NCBI GenBank assembly: GCA_026936335.1
Contig: JAPMXV010000067.1
Location: 62,001-126,000, forward strand
Direction: 5' to 3'
Length of the DNA: 64,000 nucleotides
Source: Mantamonas sphyraenae STR306
Taxonomy: Eukaryota; Protista; CRuMs
Shown here: piece by piece, positions 29,698-43,100 of the stretch
Numbering within the stretch: position 1 is the stretch's first letter
How the letters are laid out: each line of letters starts with the position of its first letter
Made by a program: the position numbers and the translations under genes
Notes under the pieces: generated by a model
Told to the model about the DNA's origin: nothing
Seen by the model: only the letters and a program-made list of their open reading frames with translations
The model's database searches: none

Positions 29698-30571
29698 ACG
29701 GAGGGAGCGAGGCCTCGTGGCGCACGGCACATGTGACCAAGATGCACACAAGCACCACAAACATGGACATAATGTCGATGAGTCGGCGTGTGCGTGTGTT
29801 GATGGGACGCCTCCTCGTGCCAGCAGAGGGATCGTGGGTTGTGGGCTGCGATTGCATGGCGACCACTGCCTGCTTGCGCACTAGGGCCCGCTGTTCGTCC
29901 AATTGCTGTTGAAGATGCAACACAGCAGCGGCTGTGGCTGTGTCGCTTCGGTGGGATGCGAGCGCGGTGGCCTGTTTGCACTCCTGTTGCAGCGCATCGA
30001 TGCGTGCCTGGAGCTGGGAACGGCCCTTGGAGGCCATGGTCCGTTCCTGGAGGATGGCATTGCGAGCAGATTCCACCTGGCTCTCTGCCATGTGCTTCTC
30101 CGTTCGCAATTGGCCATTCTCCATGCGCAAAGAGGCAATCGTCTCGTTCAACGACCTGTTCTCCTCGGCTGCCTCAGCCCACCGGGCATGCAGTGCATCG
30201 TTTGCCTGTCTCTGGGTCTGTTCCGAGCTGGGAGTGAAACGGGAACGCGTCAGGATTCTCCAATGGAATATTTCGAGCAAACAGACGTCCACTCACGCGC
30301 GCAGCTCATCCTGCAGATCGGCACAGGTCACACGCAGGTCGTCCACCTCCTCTGTGTGTGTCTTTTGCTCATTGCGACGCAGTTCGCGTTCCATGGCCAG
30401 GGTGTGTTCTGTGCTGATGAGCACGTCCTTGACGCTTCGCAGTTCCTGCTGGGTGGCCTCCAGCCGACACTCCATGTCACGGACACTGTCACGTATCTCG
30501 TCCACATCCTCCTGGGAAAGCAGGAACATGCCCGAGTCTGCATCATCGTCGTCCGAGAGGGGGGTGGTCAT
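29636..30571 (-). CDS. Coiled-coil protein with C-terminal TM segment, unknown function; one intron
   Basis: Exon 1 MTTPLSDDDD...QDELR ends at a GTGAGT donor. Exon 2 is coiled coil followed by IMSMFVVLVCILVTCAV. The 3' end is uncertain because it overlaps the phosphatase gene. Confidence 0.6.
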
Positions 30572-30579
30572 GGGGAATG
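30459..30579. repeat. 121-bp direct repeat, copy A (5' end of the coiled-coil gene)
   Basis: TCCAGCCGAC...GTCATGGGGAATG recurs at 33483-33603 with two substitutions. Confidence 0.92.
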
Positions 30580-30585
30580 ATGGGT

Positions 30586-33294
30586 TTATTCTGGTTGGAC
30601 CCGACGGCGGCTGCGTGAGCTGCCGCCCGTGGGTCCAACCAGATCATTCATGCCCTCTCTAGGATGAGTGCGCAGCTCCGGTGGTATGGGAATAGGACTG
30701 CGATCTTGGGTCTGTTGTAGCTCATCATCGACGGGATTCGTGTCGACTTGTCGGACCTCAATCTCATCGTCCTCCTCGCCCTCCTCGGCCCCTTCGTCCT
30801 CATCGTTGGTGACGCGATTCACCACATCTTCGTCATTCCCAACCTGAGCAAGCACGGCTTGTTCCGGGTCAGCACACGTCGCTGTGAAGCGCAGGGAGTT
30901 TGGGGCTTCCTCGCCAGCTTTCTCCATTGCGCTAGCATCTTGTACCATACAGAACGTCATACTTCTGTTGGGCAATGTTCCAGAAATCCCGATCGCTGCC
31001 TTGTGCGGCAAGTCGATTGCTGGGTTGTCAATTCTCTCACCCTTTGTCGTCATCTCCACAGAGACCCACATCGGCTTCGTACCTTCCATTCCAAACCGGA
31101 TTTTGCTTAGATCCATCTTCGACAAGCGCGTGTTTGAGCTCGAACGAAGCCCACCAAACGAGTACAGCGTGGTACCGTCAACAGCAAACGAGGCCATGCG
31201 GCTCGGAAGGTCAACGTCGAAACTAATATGCCCACTCGTAACCAGATATCGGACATACATCGACGCAGTGTGAAGCACAAGCACGCATGGATGGCCATCG
31301 TCGTTTAGGAAGCAAAGAATTGCCTCAGCACCAATCAGATTGTTGTCTTCGAACCTCATGTTCAACGCCATGTCTCTATCATCTTGACAGTCCAGCGTAT
31401 AGAATGTGTCGTAATTAACAACAGCAACGGTGGTGGAGATTTGCCGGTTGCTTGGAATTTCCACCCACACGATGGGCCCATTCGGATGCGAAAGTTCGCC
31501 CACATCGTGCGGAATTTGTCTGTCCAATTGCACAGTCACAAACCCTTCGTTAGCGGAATTTCTTGCACTGATGTACGTGTTGTCCTCGTCCTTCCACCTC
31601 CCAACAAACAAAGGCTGAGTTTTGCGCGGCACAACTGATGGCAATTCGTCCCACCCATGCGTTAAGGATGGTTCCCAGAACTCCTGCTCATTCCAAGCGT
31701 CACACACATTTTGTGCGAGTGGTGAATGGGAATCTCCATCCTGTTCAACCTTAAGCCTGCCGTTGGACACAGCGACCAACAGGAAGTCACCGTTTGGCAA
31801 GGGTGTCGGCCATGGAGGCGAACCCGCGTCCCAACCTTCGAGCCGAGCATCCTTTCTTTCAACGACCTCCACCTCATGCTTCTCCCGAGTTGCCTTGGGT
31901 AGGGTCAGAGGCGTGCCTGTGTCCAAATCCAGGTCAAACTTCTTCCAGCGCGCCCTCACAAGTTCCCACAATTGATTCTGGGAAGCGGTGTGCCCCAGCA
32001 GGTCTTGCATCCGCGCCGAGGGGATGGAAACCTTGCTACTGCTGAGTACGAACACCGCAACAATGGACCGCCTTGTAACCTCCTCTTCCGTCCCGTCAAA
32101 GAATGAGGGAAGACAACCTGCAAAACAACCTTCCCACGCTTCAATGGGGACATCCTCTTTGCCCATGACACTAACGTATTCTGACGTATCGCTGACCTCT
32201 TTCTCATCAAAGAAGCCTTTCACGTTCAGACTCAGTCCTGTGTACGCTTCGAGGGAACTGAGCTGTTTTTCTGTCTCATCTTTGATCGTCGACCAGTCCT
32301 GTTCCATCATCCTTCTTGCCCATCCGCTCTGTTTCACACGCACAGGGTTCTGATTGTCTTGCAGCCAGGAAGTCCTGCATCCACACCAATGGTGGTACTC
32401 ACACCCAGACCTAGTGAAGAGTCCAACGCAAAATGCACCCATGGTGAATGTGTGCGCCACAAGCGCTGTAACACAGAGAATTGGATACGCCTGCAAGCTG
32501 AATCCCATCGATGGAGGGAGCTCACACTTGTACTGGCACTGCGATGGAATAGTCGCAACTTGGCGTTGAAGATCGGTGCCTTTGCAGTCAAACTGCGTTT
32601 TCCAGGTGCCCCAACCATCAACACCATGAATGAGATTCAATGTAATCCACGCCATGGCAGCAATCTCGACGACAAAGAATGCCCACATCGTCCTCACGGT
32701 TGTTGCGTTGATCTGCAATATGTCTGCTTCCCGATTGTCTGCACCCTTTGTCCACCTTGCATGCAAAAAATACCTCCTCTCTTTGATACTGCGAACCAGA
32801 GGGGGCACCCATTGTTTCAAAGCCGACACTTCAACGTCCAGCGACGAGAGCAAGCTTGCACTCTTCACCTCCTCACCCAGCTTTCGCTGAAATGCCAGAT
32901 GCAGGGTTTCTACCAAGCCAAGCAACACAGTGTTCACAGAAAGAAACACTGTGGCAGTGAGACCAACCACAGTGGAGCTAGCCGTCTCGTTGGTGCCGAA
33001 AAACAAGGTACGCATCGGCAACGCGTACGAGTCATTTCCCGTCACCTTCCAGCAAGTGTTTTGCGCAAAAGACGTCTGCTTCTCACACGCATCGTTCAGG
33101 GTGGTGTTGTGACTTGCTTGCACCCAGAAGCACTGGCTCGGCACACCTTGCCCAAGGGATACCAAAATGGCCAACGACGCCACCAGCACCAGAGACGTCG
33201 TCACACGGCAGATGGTGCCCACCCTGAATCGCATGGACATGTCTGCATCCTGTCCGTTCGCCAGCAGGGTCTCCAGTAAGAATGTGCTCATCAT
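30586..33294 (-). CDS. Innexin/pannexin/LRRC8-like four-TM protein with long C-terminal region (possible degenerate beta-propeller)
   Basis: Intronless ~900-aa ORF. TM1-GQGVPSQC...FAQNTCW-TM2...TM3-FDC...YKCELP-TM4 topology. Kelch-like FAVDGTTLYSFGG near the C-terminus; acidic tail. Confidence 0.6.
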   Translation of the reverse strand: MMSTFLLETLLANGQDADMSMRFRVGTICRVTTSLVLVASLAILVSLGQGVPSQCFWVQASHNTTLNDACEKQTSFAQNTCWKVTGNDSYALPMRTLFFGTNETASSTVVGLTATVFLSVNTVLLGLVETLHLAFQRKLGEEVKSASLLSSLDVEVSALKQWVPPLVRSIKERRYFLHARWTKGADNREADILQINATTVRTMWAFFVVEIAAMAWITLNLIHGVDGWGTWKTQFDCKGTDLQRQVATIPSQCQYKCELPPSMGFSLQAYPILCVTALVAHTFTMGAFCVGLFTRSGCEYHHWCGCRTSWLQDNQNPVRVKQSGWARRMMEQDWSTIKDETEKQLSSLEAYTGLSLNVKGFFDEKEVSDTSEYVSVMGKEDVPIEAWEGCFAGCLPSFFDGTEEEVTRRSIVAVFVLSSSKVSIPSARMQDLLGHTASQNQLWELVRARWKKFDLDLDTGTPLTLPKATREKHEVEVVERKDARLEGWDAGSPPWPTPLPNGDFLLVAVSNGRLKVEQDGDSHSPLAQNVCDAWNEQEFWEPSLTHGWDELPSVVPRKTQPLFVGRWKDEDNTYISARNSANEGFVTVQLDRQIPHDVGELSHPNGPIVWVEIPSNRQISTTVAVVNYDTFYTLDCQDDRDMALNMRFEDNNLIGAEAILCFLNDDGHPCVLVLHTASMYVRYLVTSGHISFDVDLPSRMASFAVDGTTLYSFGGLRSSSNTRLSKMDLSKIRFGMEGTKPMWVSVEMTTKGERIDNPAIDLPHKAAIGISGTLPNRSMTFCMVQDASAMEKAGEEAPNSLRFTATCADPEQAVLAQVGNDEDVVNRVTNDEDEGAEEGEEDDEIEVRQVDTNPVDDELQQTQDRSPIPIPPELRTHPREGMNDLVGPTGGSSRSRRRVQPE

Positions 33295-33482
33295 CAAACG
33301 GAAACCACGCTTTGTTGTTGTGGTGGAAAACGCGCACAAAACGTACAGAATCGTGTTCGTCCATTTACCAAAGAAGTGGGGGGATCCGTTGCAGCCCAAT
33401 GTGGCGTGCAGATGCCAGACTCGGTGATTTCGCACACACAACCCTGTGTATGGCCGGGAACGGAATGCCAAGTTGTTTCGCG

Positions 33483-33603
33483 TCCAGCCGACACTCCATG
33501 TCACGGACACTGTCACGTATCTCGTCCACATCCTCCTGTGAAAGCAGGAACATGCCCGAGTCTGCATCATCGTCGTCCGAGAGAGGGGTGGTCATGGGGA
33601 ATG
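33483..33603. repeat. 121-bp direct repeat, copy B (truncated 5' fragment of the coiled-coil gene)
   Basis: Encodes MTTPLSDDDDADSGMFLLSQEDVDEIRDSVRDMECRL again, then diverges. Confidence 0.92.
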
Positions 33604-33660
33604 GAAGGGGGGTTGATCAGATCAGGTTGGACCCAACGACGCCTGTGCTTTGCATTTCAA

Positions 33661-34748
33661 TCAACGACGCCCAATGGAGCCCTCCTCCTCCATCTCTGTC
33701 ATGGCTTGGACACTCTTGCGCACTTCATCCACCTCCTTGGCCATCTTGTCGCGAGAGGCAACGTGTTGCACCCGCTTTGCGTTTGCCTGCTCCACGTTTG
33801 TGTGCAGATTGACAAGGGTGGCATTGGTGGAGTTGAGCCACTCGGAAAGGGTGTCGATGATCTCATCCACGGCTCCCTCGGCCAGATCCCGCCCCATGGT
33901 GGACTGCACCTGCAGGATCTGTGCCCGCTGATCCAGCTTGCCCTTGAGGATGCCTGCATAGATGCCCTCAATCACAAGATCCTCCAGATCTCGCACGTCT
34001 TCCAGCTCCAGCTCAGCCATGAGGTCGGCGTACGGAAGCCTCTGTGAAGAAAGAGGGCGGGTGAAAAGGGGTCAGCGCAACGAATTCCCTCTTCGGGTCG
34101 GAGGGTTGCGTCTGTGTGCGCCACACACACACACACACACACCAGCACACGCGTACCTTGTTGTTCACAGCCATGGACACCATGGTCAGCTGACGCAGCT
34201 TGGTGGTCATTGTGCTTGTGAGTTGCGGCAAGCCTGCTGCTTGCTCTGTGTTTGGGCGAGGATGATGTGTCAGGCTTCTCCCTCCTCTGGGTTTTCAACC
34301 CTTCCCGTCTGGCTGTGTACGCACCTTTGTACTCCGAGTATGTGCCGTATGCAAAGATCTTGAGCAGTGCCACCCACTTGGCACCGTCTCCACCCCCCTG
34401 AGCCAGCTGCAGACGGACGGGAGCGTGTGGAAGGACAGTGTGAGTGGGATTCAGGACTGAGAGCAGGGCTTGGTGCACGCACAGCATGCAAGGGGTGAAT
34501 CCGACACATGTCACAGGAAGGGACGTGTGGAAAGGAAGGTGGTGGAAGGTGGTGGGTGAAGCGTGTGACGGGTGCATGGGGTGGGGAGGAGGGTGGGGAG
34601 GTCCCTGTTGGCAACGCACCTGCTGCACAGGATCCGAATCGAGCAGCTCGCCAAAGACAAAGACAGAGCCGTCGTTGAGGGCATTCTCGACCACACCGGC
34701 CACATCATAGCCATCCTTCAGTTGCTGCACATAATCTTGAATGGACAT
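33661..34748 (-). CDS. CSN7: COP9 signalosome subunit 7 (PCI domain); 4 exons
   Basis: VFVFGELL, LLKIFAYGTYSEY, KLRQLTMVSMA and VRDLEDLVIEGIYAGILKGKLDQR...GRD. Confidence 0.9.
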
Positions 34749-34834
34749 GTTGGTTGTGGTTGGCTGGCTGCGATTGGGCGGCGGGTGTGGACCCAGCAGA
34801 AACCCACACACACACACACACAGCAACACACACC

Positions 34835-35330
34835 ATGGACAAGTTCCGCTTTGGTATGGGTGGTTTCAACCTCACCGGTGACGGCCTTGTGTCTGGTCTC
34901 GCTGGAAGCAACGCAGCACAGAACATGCTTTCGATGTTTGGCATGACGGGCGGAGGTGGTCTCCAAGCCCAGTTCGCCTTCCTGGACGAGGACATGGACA
35001 CAGAGGCCTCGGACGCCGCTGCGCTGATGGAGAACCCGGAGAAGAAGATGATCCATAGTGATTTCTACCACGGTAAGCAGTACCCAGGGAGCAAACACAG
35101 GTTTTTTGGTGCGCCAAGAGCTGAGAGGGAATTCCAGCTGGGGATTCGACGCCGCACACAGAGGCAGAAAAGCAGCAGAGAGCCTGTCGGAAGTGTTTGG
35201 TGTGCAGGAGCGGGGGCGAGGGTGCATGCGGAGAGGTGTGATGTGTGTGATGGAGTGCCCTGAGCTGACACGGGAGCGCGACCACTGAGCAGAGTTCATC
35301 GACCACTTTGACGACGATGATCTGGAATGA
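34835..35330 (+). CDS. CSN9: COP9 signalosome subunit 9 (CSNAP/MYEOV2-like); exons 34835-35072 and 35293-35330
   Basis: Splicing GTAAGC..CAG gives the C-terminus EKKMIHSDFYHEFIDHFDDDDLE*, matching the CSN9 acidic/Phe tail (H.DF...F.D.FDDDD). Confidence 0.8.
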
Positions 35331-35594
35331 GGGGGGAAGTAAAGAGCTTGAGCGTGTTCATAGTCTTCTTCTTTTGTGCTTGGTGCGTGGAGGGTATCAT
35401 CTCTTGCCTATTGGAGAAGGTGTAAGGGTCGGTTGATTGGTTGATGTTGGTATTTTGATTCATTTGGTAATTCATGTTGGGATGGGTTTTGTGTGATTTG
35501 TGTCTCAATCAAAATTTACGGTGTTGTAAGTGTGACGTTGTGGGAGGGGCGGATGCGCAGGGCTATCGAGCCAGTCGGCAACTCGATGGGGATT

Positions 35595-37129
<1,535 letters not shown>

Positions 37130-37175
37130 AAGCGTGCAGTGGGTCCCAAATCCCCCTTTCATTCCTTCCTTCCCG

Positions 37176-37998
<823 letters not shown>

Positions 37999-38131
37999 TG
38001 CCTGCCCAACCGATCAAGTGGTGTGTGTGTGTGTGTGATTGTGAGGAGTCCCAGCACAGGTCAGGTGTCTGGAGTGAGAAGCAGTGGTGGCATCAGCGTC
38101 ACGGCAGGCAAACCAACACACCACACTGCAC

Positions 38132-39939
38132 ATGAGCACGACACCAGTCAAGGTGCAACGGCAGGCCAGCATGCCCGAGTCACCCTCCACGCCTCGTACC
38201 AAGGCAATCAACATCACAACAAGTGGCAAGCTGGGTTCGGGAGGACAGTTGGCAAAGACGAGGAAGGAGAGTGTGTTGAATCTGCTGGAGACCCAGGACG
38301 ACCAACTGGAGAGCGAGGAGGCCAAGCGTGACCTGCTTGCTGCCTTGTTTCCCAGTCTCCATGACGAACGCCTCACAGGAAAGATGTCCGAACGCCAGGG
38401 TTCCGTCGAATCCCTGCGGTCGTATGACAAGTACGGATTCCTGACAAGGTGAGTCCCAATTTTCCGTTGACGTTTGCTCGCTTTCGCTCTCTCCCCTCAC
38501 CCGCTGGATGATATCGCTTCCATGCTGACACACTTGTATCCGTGTCACGGCGCTTGCCATGCTGTGTGTGTGTGTGCGTGTGTGCAGTGGTGACGGGTAT
38601 GCAGGGCCGTCCAAGAAGCAGGTCAAGGCCGAGTTGAAGGCTCAGGAAGAGTGGCTGGAGGTGGTGCGAGACTACAAGGTCTGGCAGGTGGACAAACCCA
38701 AGAAGTTGAAGAAAAAGGTGCGCGCAGGCATCCCTGCGTCCATGCGCACGATGGTGTGGCCTCTGTTGGCCGACGTGGCATCGTTGAAGGAGGAGACGCC
38801 CGATTTGTTTGAGGTAAGCGAGCTCGGGGAATCCAAAGCCACCATGGGACAAACGCTGACATGCTCGCCCCATGGCCATGCCACGACACCACAATTGCAT
38901 TGGACGCATGCGCGATGGTGACATGGTTGGTGTGACACAGCAATTGTTGTCACAAGACATCCCCAAAGTGACGGATGAGCAGATTTGCAAGGACATTCCG
39001 CGGACGTTTGCTGGCCACGAACTGTTCCAGCAGGAAAGGTCGCAGTCGAGCAACAGCACAAGCACACGGTACACAGAGGATGGGATGGGCACAGAGTACG
39101 CCAACAAGGCGGGACAGTCTGCGTTGTACAATGTGCTCAAGGCGTATGCAGCGTATGACCCCGAGGTGGGGTACTGCCAGGGAATGAGCTTTGTGGCCGC
39201 CGTGCTGCTGATGCACCTGTGCGAAGAGGACGCCTTTTGGGTGTTGACACGCATGTTGTCTCGTCTGCACATGCGTGGCCTGTACCGTGAGAGCATGCAG
39301 TCGTTGCGGATGTACATGAGTGTGTTTGAGGACATGTTGGGCGAGCTGTGTCCGCGTCTGGCGGCCTCGTTTGAGAGCATGGGGGTGAACGTGTCCATGT
39401 TCACCACCCAATGGTTCATGACCGTCTTTACCTACAGTTGGCCCTTTGCGGTGGCCCTGCGTGTCTTGGATGCCCTCCTCAGCGAGGGTCTCAAGGTGGT
39501 CTTTCGCGTGGGGCTGGCCTTTTTCAAACGCCACGAGCGGGAGCTGTGTGTCAAGAGCATGGAGAAACTGTGTATGAGTATGAAGGAGCTGCCCATGCAG
39601 TATGCAGACAACCCGGAGCCTCTGTTCAAGACGGCGTACGGCTTGCGCATCTCACGCAGGCAGCTGGAGAAGTTCCAAGACAAGTTTAAGGACAACGAAG
39701 AGGCAGAGAGGGCGGCCATTGAGGAGCAACGCAGGTTGTATCACAAGCAGAAGGAGGAGAGGGAACAGAGGCAGCAGGCAGAGTTGGAGGAGGCCAGGAG
39801 GCAGGCCGAGGTGGCTGCACAGGAGGAGAGGGACGAGAGAGAGCGGCAGTTGATGATGGACGAATCTGAGCAAGAGGTGGACGAGGAGGAAGAAGAGGAA
39901 GAAGGGGAAGAAGAGCATGGGGACGAGCCGGAAGATTGA
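38132..39939 (+). CDS. TBC-domain Rab GTPase-activating protein; spliced
   Basis: YDKYGF, GIPASMRTMVW, ICKDIPRTF, GYCQGM and QWFMTVF motifs. Confidence 0.9.
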
Positions 39940-40102
39940 AGAAATGTGCAGGCATTGTTCATCTTCCCTCTCCACACACACACACACACACACACATATG
40001 TGCTCCACCGAAGAAATCCCCATCATCAAAGCCGTGGATTGATGACACAGAGTTGGGCGATGATGCGTTGCGCACCGGGAAACAAAAGGAACCCCGGCGT
40101 GC

Positions 40103-43100
40103 ATGAGTGACGACATCGACGTCGCCCGTGCAGACGAGGGGCACACGGGTGGACATCGGAAAGATGACACCCGTGCCTCCTCCCGGTCACCCACTCGGTT
40201 ACGGGAAGGCGGCGAAAGGCGGATAAGCGGTGGCAGCAGCGCACGTTCACGAGCAGGATCAGCCACATCGACACGGTCGTCGTCGCATGCTGCCATCACC
40301 ACAACGGATGCAGAGGCCATGTCACGTGCCTCACCCACGTTTGCGCCGAGACACTCGTCGCCGTTGCGCAACGTGCGAGCGGCGGACGAGGTGGACCGTG
40401 CGCGAGCGGGCTCGCTGACGAGGCCGTCCGTGCACACACTGGCGGCGACAGAGACACTTGCGCCACGCTCTGTGTCGAGTGCAGGCAGTGGGGGATCGAC
40501 AGGAAGCGACCGAGCGTTGTATCCAGCGCACATGCGTGCCAGGCGGGTGGGCCCCAATGGGGCGCAATTGAGTCGCCGGCGTCTCAGCGTTTCTCAGTTC
40601 CAATTGACCCCATCGATGCGTAAGAATTTGCCGGACATTCCCATGGGCCCCATCCAGGAGGTTGGGTCACATGACGAAGTGTCCAGTCTACCCTCGCCTG
40701 AGATTGAGGGCAATTCGTTGCACAAGGTGCAAAGTAGCGGGAGTTCGAAAGCCACCAGCCACCATGTTTCCCTCCACAGCAGCGTGGACAACTCCGAAGA
40801 CAGTGCCTCCGAAGACGGAGGCAGTGTGCATGATCCAGAGGCCATGGATGCGTTCTGGCAGGAAGATGACGACGAAGGCGACGACGCCGCCCATGACTAC
40901 GACACAGGGCAGTCGCTCTGGGAAAGCGTCCGGTTTCTTGGCAAACTCATGGTAAGGCTTCACAGCGAACCGGTGGCACACACACACACACACAAAGGGA
41001 CCATAGGGTCCACGCGCACGTGCACCCTCCACTCGAGATGTGCCTTTTGTTGGCTGTCCCGTGTCCCGGGGGTGCTGCACTTTCTCGGACGTGAATGAGG
41101 CGCCATCGGGAGGCGAGCAACACGAGTAGAAAAAACGCACGCGAACCGGCTGCACACAGACGCCACTGACACGTACACTATACACACGGGATGACGTTGG
41201 ACGATGGGACACACGCACACAGGTGACGGGACTCCTGATTATTTATCTGAATTTTGTGGTGTTATACAGCACAGTGAGTTTCCAATGCGACGATTTACTT
41301 TTTGCGTTTTGCGTGTTTGTGAGCCCCGACCAAGGCGACACGCATCGCCTGTGGCAGGGATGGCGGTGTCCTGGAGATGGAGATCGAGCAGAGGGTGGAG
41401 TGGCACAGTGTGTGGTGATGTGGGAGGGGACACAGGAGGAGTGGGAGGGAGAGGGAAAGGGAAAAAGCAAAGTGTTGTGTGGAAGGACTGCGAGTGGAAG
41501 GACTCGCACACAGGATTGCTGACACGTTTCGCCGGCACTTACTGGACGCACAGTTCGACATGGCACCATTGGATGTGCCCGAGGCAGGCAACTTGGAGAG
41601 TATGCTTGTGCCCACGCTGGTGGTGTTGATGCCACTGGGCTGCACGGTGACGACGGTGCTTGTGTTGGGCTTTGGCGTGTTCCACCAGGTCTCCTTTTCC
41701 CTGTTTGATCGCAAAACAGTGGTGCGTTCCTTCTCCAACTGGCGACGGTCGTCTGGGTTGCGTGCAGCCAATGTGCGACGGTACCTGGCAGAGGCACGTG
41801 CGAGGACGCCGGCCCAGCGGGGAGGGGCAAAGGAGGGCGTGCACGACGTCACTGCAACCACACCTTCGGAAGAGGAGGCCGATACGGAATTGGCCAGTTT
41901 GGTGGATGAGGATGGGGCCAATCATGGCAGCCGCAGCAACAGTAACAACAGAGAGCGAACGAGCAGCGAAAAGGCGAGGGAGGCAGCGGCAGCAGCAGCA
42001 GCAGCAGCAGACATGGCAGCAGCTTTGGATGGCACCCATGCGACGAATGGAGAAGGAGATGACAGGTTGGGAAGGAGACGATCGTCACGGCGACGAAGCA
42101 GTGCGGGATCCAAGAGGAGTTCACGACGACGAAGTGACAGTGGTGGCGAGAGTGGTGGTGGTGTGTCGGACGGGGGATCGCCCACACGCAAGTATCTGAG
42201 TGCATCCAACACGGCGTTGCGACCCAGGTTACACAGCAACGAGGAGGAGGCGGCGTTTGAGGATGCATTGCGACGCTCCAGTATTACACGCAAGGGAAGC
42301 AGCAGCAGCAGCATCGCAGGGTTGTCGCCCATGCGCACTCGCTCGGTGCGTGGTCATCGACGTGGCTCACGCTCACGTCGTGCCTCGGTGGTCAGTGAAC
42401 TCATTGCAGCCAACATTGAGGAGCAACAGCAACAGCAACAGGTGTCATCCAGCAGCAGCAACACCCCCGTCCGCGAACGCACACGCAGCAGCACCAGTGT
42501 CACGGGTTTGTCTACATTGGCAACACCCACACCCAACAATAGTAACAACAGTCACAATGGCGATGGGTTGGTGGCACGTGCGGAGGCGTCGCCTGCACGC
42601 GTGGGCAAAAGTCCTGTCGCTCTCCCCGGCGCTGTCGTGGGCATGCATGTCATCCACGAGGAAGACGAAACCGAACATACCGGTCGTCGCAACGGTCATA
42701 ATGATAATGATGGTGGTGGTGGTGGTGGTGGTGGTGACGACGAGGCCACAGAGACGGTGCCAGGGGACAAGACACTGCTGGACACACGGCAGTCGCATTC
42801 CCACTCGCCCTCGCAGGCGTCTGAGGCGTCGCGTCTGCTGCGTGACGAACCCGAGTCACCTGGGTGGAAGGAGGAGAGCAAGGAGGCATCATCAAGGGCA
42901 GGCAGTAGCAGCCACAGTCGAGGCAGTGGTCGTGGTGCCGGTGGCAATCCGCCTAGCCGAAGCAGGGGAGGCAGGATGCAGGGACGCACAAGCATGCGTT
43001 TGAACACGGGCGAACTGGTCACGGCGGCGGCTGTGCACACACGCCTGCGCACATCCAGTTCGGGAAGTGCCCACCTGGTGTCCGAGACGGGCTCTGTGGT

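Noticed and set aside
30580-33482. Insert as an LTR retrotransposon or DNA transposon
   Set aside because: The direct repeats are host coding sequence, and there are no gag, RT, integrase or transposase motifs.
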